DNA from: Octopus bimaculoides
Lineage: Eukaryota
NCBI RefSeq assembly: GCF_001194135.2
Contig: NC_068982.1
Span: 162,334,065 to 162,383,416, forward strand
DNA: 49,352 nt
Direction: 5' to 3'
Positions 11,326 through 22,220 of this stretch are shown piece by piece. Below the pieces are notes generated by a model. The model was not told where the DNA came from, did no database searches, and was given only the letters and a program-made list of their open reading frames with translations. Position 1 is the stretch's first letter. Each line of letters opens with the position of its first letter. The position numbers and the translations under genes are program-made.

Positions 11326-12071
11326 GATTGTTTAAAAGAACAAGGCTGAATACATCTTCGCGCCTTGTGTGAGAAGGTTTCATGGTACCAGCACATACCA
11401 TTTTGTGTTCTGTTGATTCCCCGATTTCGAGAGGTACTGCGAGAACGTGAGCTACTCCGAGACTTTGAACGAGAGCGGCAGAGATCATCCAAGCGACGTG
11501 TGAGGTCATCGAGCCTGCCAAGAATGTCGTTGTTGGACAAAGGAAAGGACTGCTGAGGAACAGCTGAGGAGGACTCAGTACACTGACAAACAGCGCGAAA
11601 AGGGTTGCCCGAGAATTCAAGGACCTTATCGGCCATTGTGGCCACTTGGTCCACAGTGTTGGACTCAAATGCCGTCGCTAGAATTGTTTGTACGTGCGAC
11701 GGTAGGCGAGAAAAGAAAATCTTCCGGAGAAGTGGAGCATCTGTTGACTCTCCGCTCAGATCTCGCAAACGGCGCAGAAATTCTGTGGGGGTCCTGTCAC
11801 CTAGCTGCTCGTCTGCTATCAGCTCATTGAATCGGCTGGCGGCTGACCTGGTGGTCCGGCGTAGGATCTCGTTCTTCACCTCGTCATACGTGGCGTCGTC
11901 CTTGGGAGACGTAATTAGGTCTCTAGCCGCTTTTGCAAGCGATGGAGGCAGATTGCAATAAAGCAGCTTTAATGTCTTGGACGACGAGATGTCGTACGCC
12001 TGGAAATAGGCCTCCAATTGAGCGAAGTAGACATCGGTATCACCGATGAATGTAGGCAAACCATGCGACAT
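11313..12071 (-). CDS. Gypsy Gag (252 aa from ATG at 12071)
   Basis: MSHGLPTFIGDTDVYFAQLEAYF N-terminus, ..LGDRTPTEFLRRLR.., RS-rich basic tract and CWYHETFSHKARRCIQPC (CHCC) knuckle. The frame is open. Confidence 0.92.
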   Translation of the reverse strand: MSHGLPTFIGDTDVYFAQLEAYFQAYDISSSKTLKLLYCNLPPSLAKAARDLITSPKDDATYDEVKNEILRRTTRSAASRFNELIADEQLGDRTPTEFLRRLRDLSGESTDAPLLRKIFFSRLPSHVQTILATAFESNTVDQVATMADKVLEFSGNPFRAVCQCTESSSAVPQQSFPLSNNDILGRLDDLTRRLDDLCRSRSKSRSSSRSRSTSRNRGINRTQNGMCWYHETFSHKARRCIQPCSFKQSGNA

Positions 12072-12668
12072 GTCTACTGGGATGACTCCGTCAAGGTAGG
12101 AAAAGGGAATGGAGAGAAACAATGAAAACGAAGTCGTATGAAATATACGAGAGGCCAAAAAGAAAATTCACCGCTAAAAGAANNNNNNNNNNNNNNNNNN
12201 NNNNNNNNNNNNNNNNNNNNNNNNNNNNNNNNNNNNNNNNNNNNNNNNNNNNNNNNNNNNNNNNNNNNNNNNNNNNNNNNNNNNNNNNNNNNNNNNNNNN
12301 NNNNNNNNNNNNNNNNNNNNNNNNNNNNNNNNNNNNNNNNNNNNNNNNNNNNNNNNNNNNNNNNNNNNNNNNNNNNNNNNNNNNNNNNNNNNNNNNNNNN
12401 NNNNNNNNNNNNNNNNNNNNNNNNNNNNNNNNNNNNNNNNNNNNNNNNNNNNNNNNNNNNNNNNNNNNNNNNNNNNNNNNNNNNNNNNNNNNNNNNNNNN
12501 NNNNNNNNNNNNNNNNNNNNNNNNNNNNNNNNNNNNNNNNNNNNNNNNNNNNNNNNNNNNNNNNNNNNNNNNNNNNNNNNNNNNNNNNNNNNNNNNNNNN
12601 NNNNNNNNNNNNNNNNNNNNNNNNNNNNNNNNNNNNNNNNNNNNNNNNNNNNNNNNNNNNNNNNNNNN

Positions 12669-13019
12669 TATATTAATCATTAAAATCCAGAAATACAACA
12701 ACACAAGGGATAACGGTAACAACAGATCAATAATTTATTCGAGGTTGGTGTAGAGCCGTTTCGTTCCTGGGTGAACAGGCATGCCGCTAGAATACCAAGG
12801 AAGCTTCGACCACATGTCGGTATCGAGTTGAGAGAGCACTGGAAGATACGTGTTGTCACGACCGTTGCTAGATAGAGAAGAGGGCGAACGCTATTGCTCT
12901 CTCTCCACCTGTTGCATTGCGCATGCGTGCCCGGGCACTTCCGCTGACGGCAAGTCCCTTGAACATGCGCAATGGCACTTCCAAGATGGTGGCCAATGGC
13001 GGCCACACGCGCCACTACA
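12669..13019 (-). repeat. 5' LTR (visible part)
   Basis: Begins TGTAG on the minus strand at 13019 and matches the left LTR. Its 3' end and the PBS are in the gap. Confidence 0.93.
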
Positions 13020-14110
13020 AGTTTGTAGATATATAGACAAGCAGCTTTAAATGGATATCGTGAAGAACATATCTGGTAGTTTCTTAGAAGTCTTGTTTTC
13101 TAAATTGTAATGTTTTGCAATGCATAGTTCGTTGTAAAAAGGATTGAATTTATGTTCATAATCAGAATATAAACTTGAAACTTCTAAGAATGCTTCTTAT
13201 TTAGGAGACAAAACTACAGATATCCTTGTGTTACATTTAAGTGAATTTGGAGTTCTTCAATGTAGTTATCAAAAATACTACTGTAAATATAATCAAGAAT
13301 CAGTATTTATTGTCAGAATCTCCATGAACAAGCTTTAACATTAATACTGATGATTGTGGAGTACAGGCCCGTCACCAGGCCTTGATACCTAAGGGTGCTT
13401 CAGAATATTCTGAGTGGGCACTAATTTATGATAATGCAAAAGTGAAGTTTCGAAATTAGTGTATTATTGTAAATCTGAGGGTGCAGCATTGAATAATGAG
13501 GTGGGCTGTGTCGTCCAGAGCATCTCTTAGCGACAGGCATGGTGTAATATGCTCTGGAACCCAACGCTTGCTTTGAGAAATAGAACATCGTCTTCTAAAT
13601 TGAATTCCTTGGCCAAAGAGAAGATGCTCTGAAATTTTTGCCTCATTTATTCTAATTTCTTTCAAAATATTCAGTAAAGTATTTATAAGACAGGCTCCTT
13701 CAGTCAAATCGTAGTCATGAAATAATAACAATTAATTTGATGTATCAAAAACTCTCAGCATATATTCAAGACGAATGGTTATAAAAATAATTAGAGGCTA
13801 GTAAACTGTTTCAAGTCACCAGTTGCCTAAATTCTGATGTTTATGATAGAATTGTTGTTTTCACATCATGGAGCACTTGCACTGTCTATTCATGCTTGGT
13901 GAGCATAGCGGCAACAGTTCTTAGATGCCTTGACCACCGTTGTTCCAATAAATGCTTCAGATATGTGCCTTTTTATGCAGTGAACAACTTTGGTCTACAC
14001 AGAAAGTTATAAATAACTTTAGATACTAAAAAAACAAAATTCAGCATCAAGTGAACTACAACAAAATATTAATTGATGATTGAATCAGTGCTTATACGGG
14101 ATTTCCTTTC
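13020..14110 (-). pseudogene. Decayed hAT transposase (ZMYM1-like/Tip100-type)
   Basis: Broken minus-strand frames give FFSI*KLFITF, YLKHLLEQRWSRHLRTV (LK..TRW-like motif) and YIYSSIFDNYIEEL, in the order expected for hAT transposases. Confidence 0.55.
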
Positions 14111-14604
14111 CAAAAAACGTCAGTATTTTATAGAATTATTAACTATCGACAGACCATACTTATTCGAAGTGAGGATGGGAGTGAAACTGAAAGCAACATA
14201 TTAATACACGAAATACAAAAAAAAAAAAAATTTCTAACTTAATTACATGGATTTAATTTTTAGCTCAAACAAAATATAATAAAAATTATTTAAAGAAAAG
14301 CGATGAACTAAGAATTATTATTCATTTAAAAAAATTTAAGGAAAACAAAGCCTATTCAGTGAATTTTCTGAAAATCTTAATCTCATCTGAAAAATATGTC
14401 TAGCAATTTTGTAAAATTTGAAGAATTTCTTAGCTTTTATGTAAATTGAAAACTGACTGAAAGAAACTGCGTTTTGAGTATGGAAATGTGTGTGTGTGTT
14501 AACTGAAGTCACCAACACAAAAAGGCGGAAGCAAAAACCGACCCCAATTACTGATGGTACAAAAAGGAAATGACGATAATGATGTCGATGATGATGAAGA
14601 GGAT

Positions 14605-15400
14605 ATTGGTAATGATGATTTCATTTATTTGTCACTGGGGCATCAGTTGAGAAGGACATTACAAAAACAGTTCACAATTTGTGTAGGGTTGACATAAAAG
14701 ATAAGGAAAAGAAAGGGAAAAGAAGGAGAAATGAGATAAAAGTACACAAAATATGTGAACAGCTGGATAATGCAGTTCTTCTGAAGGAAAACGGCCTCCA
14801 ACTAGGCCTTAAAAAAGATCCCCACAGATCCAGGATTGCCCTGACCACCTAGGACACAAGACCTCGCCCAACTGTTGTTCTCCAATCTACAGGTACATGC
14901 GTACAATAGTTCCTTGCATTCTAACCATTTTTGTTAGAGTTACCCACCTTTTCACAGACTCGTTGAGGGAGAGTACTTCCCTCGCCACACTCTCTCTCTC
15001 AATCCTTTCCAAGTGAAACTTGAAAAATTAGATGTGGGCCTGACTCTAGAGGAAGGTGTTTGCCCTCAATCCTTTCAGCGTCGTCCACCGCACAATATCT
15101 TTTGCCTTGGTTAGACAATCTTTTTAAAGGCGGGTGGGAGGAAAATCCTCACGATGGAGTTAGCCGATAGCCAGATTGATCTCACAAATGACAACTGTTT
15201 GACATAACTCCACAAGTCAGCAGTGCTTGCACACAGCACGAGTATATGTAGTGCGGTTTGGTCTCTACCTTCGTGCATCTCGGACAGTCTTGCCTATAGA
15301 GTTCATCTTAAACTGGTAATACCCCTCAGCAGCAATACCAGTCCAAAGATTTTCCATGGAATGTATCCATAGTAGTTCCTGGTCGACAAAGAGGATAATC
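14605..15400 (-). mobile_element. L1/Tx1-clade LINE 3' end, decayed
   Basis: Minus-strand CPRCTKVET..H..C zinc-knuckle remnant, downstream ORF2 tail, pyrimidine-rich 3' UTR and AATAAA near 14625. Confidence 0.6.
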
Positions 15401-15473
15401 TGAGGTCACTATATCAGAACAATACGATAGATGTGATAGAACTTGATATGACCATCCCCAACTGAGTGCTTAA

Positions 15474-15546
15474 ATATCAGCCGAAACGTTGTGTTAACAA
15501 CAAACAAGATGAGGACAAATATCCATCAAATGTAAATATAGAACTG
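15474..15546 (+). mobile_element. 5'-truncated copy of the hammerhead-bearing SINE tail
   Basis: ATATCAGCCGAAACGTTGTGTTAACAACAAACAAGATGAGGACAAATATCC..TAGAACTG matches the 31.7 and 45.0 kb copies and retains the 3' half of the hammerhead core. Confidence 0.8.
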
Positions 15547-15695
15547 TTTTTTTGTTTTGTCCTTGTGCTGTACCCTCTGAGTAAGCCATTTATTGGTAAA
15601 AAAAAGAAATTAGTGGGAACCGAGTCTGGCTGAGCAGCTGAACAAAACGCCGTCTCTAAAGGAAAAGGCACAAAGAGACAACTATGGTAACTCAC

Positions 15696-15768
15696 CAACG
15701 AAGCAGTTGTTTCGTCCCACCACTCTCACTTTCACAAACTCACTTTCTTTTCTCTGTAACATTACCAT
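15696..15768 (-). CDS. Candidate first coding exon (MVMLQRKESEFVKVRVVGRNNCFV)
   Basis: ATG at 15768, open frame to a consensus donor G|GTGAGT at 15696/15695, with a TATA-like TATATATAG and CACGTG upstream. No homology recognised. Confidence 0.25.
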
Positions 15769-16270
15769 ATCTCTCTCTATATATACTACTATGAGATCGT
15801 GTACACACAGATAAAACACGTCTTGTCTTTAGGAAGGAAGTGGAAGAAAGAAAGATGGATAGCCGTTGGTCACGTGTAAGCAACGAGACAGTCAAGGAGG
15901 AAGAGGGAGAGAGAGAGGGGGAACGGTGAAGGGGAGAGGAGAAGAATAGAGAAAGGGTGGGAGAGAAAAACAGAAAGGAAGAGGTAGATACATAGAAAGA
16001 ATAGAGAGGGATAGAGTGCGTATCGGAATTATAACGATAAATCTTACTTGAAAATGGATGCGTGGCGTTCGATCATATAATATAAATAATATATAAGTAT
16101 ATGCATATATACATATATGTACATACCTACATATATGTGTATATATACATGCATATATGGGTACAGGACATTAAAAAAAAACAACAAAAGGAGAAACGAG
16201 ACAGGCAACATAAAGAACATTCCCTTCATCAGTTGTCCCCTGTTTTATCTACTCCGCGTTTCGAAGGTAG

Positions 16271-16271
<1 letters not shown>

Positions 16272-16350
<79 letters not shown>
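16272..16350. repeat. (CA)n(TA)n microsatellite
   Basis: Directly visible. Confidence 0.97.
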
Positions 16351-16353
<3 letters not shown>

Positions 16354-16423
16354 TGTATTTGTTTTGTATTTGTTTTGCAAGATTCCTGATGTGAAATCAT
16401 GTGTTGAAACACAGTCTGTTGTA

Positions 16424-16797
16424 TTTGGGGATAGTCATATTTTTGCCAATTAATCACATGCACTAAATATATTTGGTCTTCACTTCAGCTTTCCTATCCT
16501 TATTATTTTCGTGTCCTTTGTTTGATCTCTTTTGTTACGCATCCTGTGATTTCTTCAGCGACTCTCCATCCCACGTGTCTCCTTCCGTTCTGTTTTGTCC
16601 ATTCTGTCTTTCTGTGGACTGAACAGAACAGGAAGAGATATAGGGGATGGAGAGTCGCTAAAGAGATCACAGGATGTGTGACGAAAGATTTCAGAGAAAG
16701 GACACTAAAATAAGAATAATAATAAAGCTGAAGTGAAGAACGAGTATATCGTGCGTGTGGTTAATTGGCAAAAATATAACCATCCCCAAATATAGCT
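16424..16797. mobile_element. Palindromic foldback/MITE-like element (arms about 180 bp)
   Basis: TATTTGGGGAT..TTGCCAATTAA..TCTTCACTTCAGCTTT..GCGACTCTCCATCCC is mirrored on the right, with a spacer of about 13 bp near 16601-16613 and roughly 80% arm identity by eye. Confidence 0.8.
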
Positions 16798-16806
16798 GTG
16801 TGTGTG

Positions 16807-16866
<60 letters not shown>

Positions 16867-16964
16867 ATACAAAGAATATATATGCATGTATACACACATA
16901 TATGTACATACTTACATCTACATGTGTATATAGATGCATATCAGGGTACAGGACGTTAGAACAA

Positions 16965-17329
16965 TGACCTACAGACAACGGAACGAACACATAGGACAGC
17001 AGATAGCTTGGTTGGGGAAAAATTCCTCATCCACCTTATTCTCCCGACCTTGCTTTTTCAGACTACCATTTGTTTCGAAGTTTACAGAATCATTTGGGGG
17101 ACATAACTTTTGCAAGCCAGGAGGAGGTTGAAACTGACATTTCTGAGTTCTTCGTTTTGAAACCAAAAGAGTTTTATATTGATGGGATTAAAAAGCTTGT
17201 AAATAGATGGAAGGAAGTCATAGATAATCAGGGAAAGTACATTGATGATTACACTTTAATTAAATATAACATTTGATCACTTGTTTTCTTTATTCAAAAT
17301 TCGGACAGAACTTATGGGATGACCTGATA
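16965..17329 (+). mobile_element. Mariner (DD34D) transposon 3' fragment with right TIR
   Basis: IPHPPYSPDLAFSDYHLFRSLQNHL..GIKKLVNRWKEVIDNQGKYIDD, ending AACTTATGGGATGACCTGATA followed by TA. Confidence 0.9.
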
Positions 17330-18531
17330 TATATATACTATTTCAATTATTTTTAAATGTTTCAGCTTCAAATCTGCGGTCACGCTGGGGCACTGCCGTT
17401 GACTGAGCTACACCATTATTTGAAACCTCCTCTGATATGTAGCATTTGGTCAATGAAGGAGTTTGATGCTGCTGCCCCCATCTGTGTTTCCTGCCATGAG
17501 GTAAGCCCGTCCAGAACCCTTGACAAGAAGAGATCCACTTTTGTTTTAAAGACACTTACAACCACACCATGCAGGTCTCTCAGGCATTTTGGAAGGATAT
17601 TAAAGAGCTGTGGGCCATTGAAACCCAAGCTATTGCAGTATCTGGTCCTGTATTTTGATAGCGATGCTGAGATCTTTGGCACTATGCAGTTTGATTAACT
17701 TTCAATGCCAAAGTTTGGTACGAGGCCTTCTAGGATTTTCCAGATGTATATCACTGCATACCTCTCCGCCTTCGTTCCAGGGAGAAGAGTTTTAATTCTT
17801 TCAGTCTTTCCCAGGAGCTGATACGTTGCATCGAGACGATTTTCTTAGTGTAGCTTTGTTGGATTGCTTCGAACTCCACCATGGATTTTATATTGTGTGG
17901 TGACCATAGATTGTAGCAGTAGTCCAAGCAGCTGAGAACGTATGTCCTCCAAAGGATCAGCAATGTCTCCTTTTCTCTTGGTTTGAAAGTTCGGAGGATC
18001 CATCCAGCTAGCCGTCTGCATTTTATTACCAAATTGGTAATATGCACTTGAAAAGATGCATCATTGCTCATGTCAAAGCCCAGGTCACGCACTAATTTTG
18101 ATTCAGGAATTTCATTTCCTCCTGGGCCAGTGTATCTTGTCTGCATGTAGTTTAGCTTTGTGTGCTGGTAGGGCCTGTAATTTTCCTTCGTGAAACTGCA
18201 TGTTGTCGTCCTCAGCCCACCTGCATATTGTGTCCAACTCCTGTTGCAGATGTGCAATATTTCCAGGATTTTGTATTGTCTGAGAGACTTTTGTGTCATT
18301 TTCATAGCTAGCAAGGGTGGCTATCTGAGCAGCCGAGGGCATGTCTGAGAGGGCCACTATGAATAGCAGTGGGCCCATTTGCTATTTGTGTTTCCTTGGA
18401 GGTGGCTCCGTTAGCCACTACTGCCTGACGTGTATCTTTTAGAAAGTTGTGAAGCCATTCTCCAAGTTTTCCGTCAATGCAAAGATCACGCAGTTTGTGA
18501 CATATCATACCATGGTCAACTTTATCAAAGG

Positions 18532-19535
18532 TGTAGTGAAACCTCTCTCCCTCTCGGGTATTTATTTACGAATGATAACGTAGCGGGTAAAATCTAGCCT
18601 TCGGTCCGCTTGGACCGCTGTGTCCATCACTCTGATTGGCTCTTATTTGCGCGGCATTTGTAACCAGTTCTGTTTCGCGCCAGGGTGCATACCGACCAAT
18701 CGTGGCCTTCTGTTAAGGTCACGTGAGAGAGTGTTTTTCTGCTGTTTCCGGAGCCCCTTTTTATCTATAAATAGCCCTGTTTTATCTACGCCAGTTTGTC
18801 TTCGATTTCAGAACTCTCACAGGTCTGGTCGTTTGACCACACACCAACCAGCCAGTTTCCAGCGACGACGTCAACACCACCGTTCTACTGTCTTCTACAG
18901 TCCCGTCGCCGACGCCAACACCACCACCAGAGTACACGCTACCAACAGCAACCGCGGTTCCTTCTCAACACTGTTTGTGTGGATTGTTTCCACCTCGAAA
19001 ATAACAGCCAGAACCAACCTGCGAGAATCTTCTGTACCAAGTAACCGGTCGCAGCATCGACGCTCAACTTCAAACACATGTGACACCTCGGCTCTGCTAT
19101 TCGGCCACGACCTCTTGTGTACGGACATTCTACCTACTGTGTAACTCTTCTATGAACTGATACTTTCTTATCTTTGTGTTCAGGACTCTTATAGTCTGTT
19201 ACAGACTTTTATGCCATGCTCTATATTTCTCATTCACACATACACACATATTATTGTATACACACTCTTGTACATGAAGGCCTGTCTTATGTATTGTATT
19301 ACTTATATTGCCGCATGCACGCACACACAGATACACAGTTGACTACCCTAATAAACGTACTCTCTATATATCTAATGGTTGTCACTCTCCCTTTCCTTGC
19401 TGGCACTTGCTCGCATCTCACATGCAAGTCCTCTTACGTCATATTACATGTTTTTGTATCGACCGTGCGACGCGTTAAAAGGAGCCTTCTCCCGTTCGTC
19501 GCCATCTCCTTTGGTTCGCACAGTTGTTCTCTACG
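18532..19535 (+). mobile_element. Solo LTR (1004 bp) with 4-bp TSD AAGG
   Basis: TGTAGTGAA...TTCTCTACG termini (CA changed to CG), AAGG at 18528-18531 and 19536-19539, ATTGG/CCAAT boxes, TCACGTGA, TATAAATA at 18766-18773 and AATAAA at 19350-19355. Removing it restores CR1 FAKAFDK. Confidence 0.88.
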
Positions 19536-19561
19536 AAGGCTTTTGCAAAATCAAGATATAT

Positions 19562-19787
19562 ATATTTCTTTATTACCCATAGGGGGCTAAACATAGAGGG
19601 GACAAATAAGGACAGGCAAAGGGATTAATTCGATTGCATCGACCCCAGTACGTAACTGGTACTTATTTAATTGATCCCGAAAGGATGAAAGGCAAAGTCA
19701 ACCTCGGCGGAATTTGACCTCAGAACGTAGCGACGGACGAAAAAAACAACTAAGCATTCCACCCGACGTGCTAACGATTCTGCCAGC
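19562..19787 (-). mobile_element. tRNA-derived SINE with about 19-bp TSD
   Basis: Near full-length, homologous to 42771-43002, flanked by TTGCAAAA(T/C)C(A/G)AGATATAT at 19543-19561 and 19788-19806. Confidence 0.9.
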
Positions 19788-21816
19788 TTGCAAAACCGAG
19801 ATATATCACACACACGCTTGAATCATTCAGCAGCTGTTTTAACATCCAGTTGCAGTGTTGCAAGAGCTGTGTTAGACAGCTTCTACCTGGTCGAAAACCA
19901 AGCTGTGTGTCAGTCAGCAAGTCATTTTCTTCTAGAAACGCGATTACTTTCTTGTGGACTATTCGTTCCATGACTTTAATGATGTGTGAGTTCAGAGAGA
20001 TAGGCCTATAATTTTTAGCATCTGCTCTGCTTCCTCCCTTATGGATATGGCATATTATCCCTTCCTTCAGTTTGTCTGGGAGCTTACCACTTGCAAGGAA
20101 GCTCTGAAAGAGAAGTTGCAGTGATTTTGTAAGGGCTCACTTGCATGATTTGAGTAGGACCGCTGGAAATCCATCCGGGCCAGCAGTTGAGTTTGTATCA
20201 ACCACATCTATGGCCAGTATTACATCTTCTTCAATGTTTACGTACTCAATTTTTTTTACCTCTTTTTACCTGGTTTAAGGTGATGTGGAAAAAATTCTGC
20301 AGGTTTGTTCACTTTCCTGTGTCCCAGCGGTGTAGTGATCACACTTTGAAAATGTTCGTTCAGTATTTCACTTACCTTCTTGGGGTTTTCTGTGTGGGCG
20401 GCCATATTTTTGGAAGAGGGGTCCTATATTGTGGCGTGTTGAGGCTGTTTCTACAGCAAACTTAAAGAAAGCTTCAACGTGATATTTTCTATAACCTAAG
20501 CTTCTTTATTTGCTCTTTCCTTTTCATGAGACTGGTGCAGACGTTTCTTAATCTCCAGTAGCGCTCTCTCCAGGCGAGACTTCTCACCACTTTTGGCATA
20601 TATATATATATATATANNNNNNNNNNNNNNNNNNNNNNNNNNNNNNNNNNNNNNNNNNNNNNNNNNNNNNNNNNNNNNNNNNNNNNNNNNNNNNNNNNNN
20701 NNNNNNNNNNNNNNNNNNNNNNNNNNNNNNNNNNNNNNNNNNNNNNNNNNNNNNNNNNNNNNNNNNNNNNNNNNNNNNNNNNNNNNNNNNNNNNNNNNNN
20801 NNNNNNNNNNNNNNNNNNNNNNNNNNNNNNNNNNNNNNNNNNNNNNNNNNNNNNNNNNNNNNNNNNNNNNNNNNNNNNNNNNNNNNNNNNNNNNNNNNNN
20901 NNNNNNNNNNNNNNNNNNNNNNNNNNNNNNNNNNNNNNNNNNNNNNNNNNNNNNNNNNNNNNNNNNNNNNNNNNNNNNNNNNNNNNNNNNNNNNNNNNNN
21001 NNNNNNNNNNNNNNNNNNNNNNNNNNNNNNNNNNNNNNNNNNNNNNNNNNNNNNNNNNNNNNNNNNNNNNNNNNNNNNNNNNNNNNNNNNNNNNNNNNNN
21101 NNNNNNNNNNNNNNNNNNNNNNNNNNNNNNNNNNNNNNNNNNNNNNNNNNNNNNNNNNNNNNNNNNNNNNNNNNNNNNNNNNNNNNNNNNNNNNNNNNNN
21201 NNNNNNNNNNNNNNNNNNNNNNNNNNNNNNNNNNNNNNNNNNNNNNNNNNNNNNNNNNNNNNNNNNNNNNNNNNNNNNNNNNNNNNNNNNNNNNNNNNNN
21301 NNNNNNNNNNNNNNNNNNNNNNNNNNNNNNNNNNNNNNNNNNNNNNNNNNNNNNNNNNNNNNNNNNNNNNNNNNNNNNNNNNNNNNNNNNNNNNNNNNNN
21401 NNNNNNNNNNNNNNNNNNNNNNNNNNNNNNNNNNNNNNNNNNNNNNNNNNNNNNNNNNNNNNNNNNNNNNNNNNNNNNNNNNNNNNNNNNNNNNNNNNNN
21501 NNNNNNNNNNNNNNNNNNNNNNNNNNNNNNNNNNATTATAATGTTAGGGAATTACAAAATCCGAACTTACAAGGAAATACAATTTGATAATATCAAATTG
21601 AGTTGTATATTGAAAAATATTTTAATAATTTAGAGAAGAACCATCATGGTGCAACTCGCACGAAGAAGGAGATCAGACAACATCAAGAAAAGTATACTAT
21701 ACAAAACTAGTTTAAAAATCTAAAAAATCCAAGGGGTAAGTTATAATACATAAAATCTATGAAATATTGGACTATGAATTAAAATCTGTTACGTTTAAGA
21801 AACGAAAGTGGGAGAA

Positions 21817-21896
21817 AGACTACGCGCGTTTCATGGCCACATAACAGTGGGAAATGTCTGGTCAATCTACAAGGAATCAGGACACTCTCCAGGTCC
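21817..21896 (-). ncRNA. Type I hammerhead ribozyme motif, A6G core variant, 41-nt helix-II loop
   Basis: GGAC-CUGGAGA-GUGUCC..GGCCAU-GAAA-CGCGCG-U-A-GUCU. Helix I GGAC/GUCU, self-complementary helix III ACGCGCGU, GUA cleavage triplet. Confidence 0.65.
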
Positions 21897-22220
21897 GGTA
21901 ACTTCAAAAAACGTATCTTAAATTTAAAAATGCATAAAATATGAAAAGTATAAAAATCTGTCCGTTTAAGCAAAATTTAGTACAAAGGAAATTGTCATGG
22001 TTTTATAATAAAACATATCAAATAGCAATAAATATCTGTCAAATTTAAAGCATAAAACGTCAATGGAGGAGATATCTGTAGATAAGGAAAAGGAAACATA
22101 TAAAACGAAAGTGTGATTAGCTAGTAAAGGGAAAAAAACGTGCAAGAATATAAGGAAAAAAAGCCACACCACTTAACTTAATGAGGAAACTTATATATAC
22201 TATGTGTATCACGTGATACT

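Larger units (their letters stand above)
7271..13019 (-). mobile_element. Full-length Ty3/Gypsy LTR retrotransposon, CsRn1-like
   Basis: Two LTRs (5 mismatches in the 316 alignable bp), gag with CX2HX9CX3C, protease VDTG, RNase H (DAS..TDH), integrase with a GPF module, and AGTT at 7267-7270 and 13020-13023. RT core, integrase core, PBS and PPT lie in N-gaps. Confidence 0.95.
17340..20597 (-). mobile_element. CR1-type LINE (RT region and 3' end), decayed and interrupted by two insertions
   Basis: Q.GFRPGRSCLTQLL, YLDFAKAFDKVDHG, GPLLFIVALSDMP, VRDLG, RLKELKLFSLERRR and GPQLFNILP in order, with multiple frameshifts. Confidence 0.9.

Noticed and set aside
16139-16270. Minus-strand GAAACGCG followed by CTGATGA (possible Type II hammerhead)
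   Set aside because: U16.1 is missing, helix I cannot form and helix II pairs poorly. At most these are rearranged pieces of PLE-like ends.
18620-19144. 174-aa ORF inside the solo LTR
   Set aside because: Non-ATG start and low-complexity S/T/R composition, as expected by chance in GC-richer LTR sequence.
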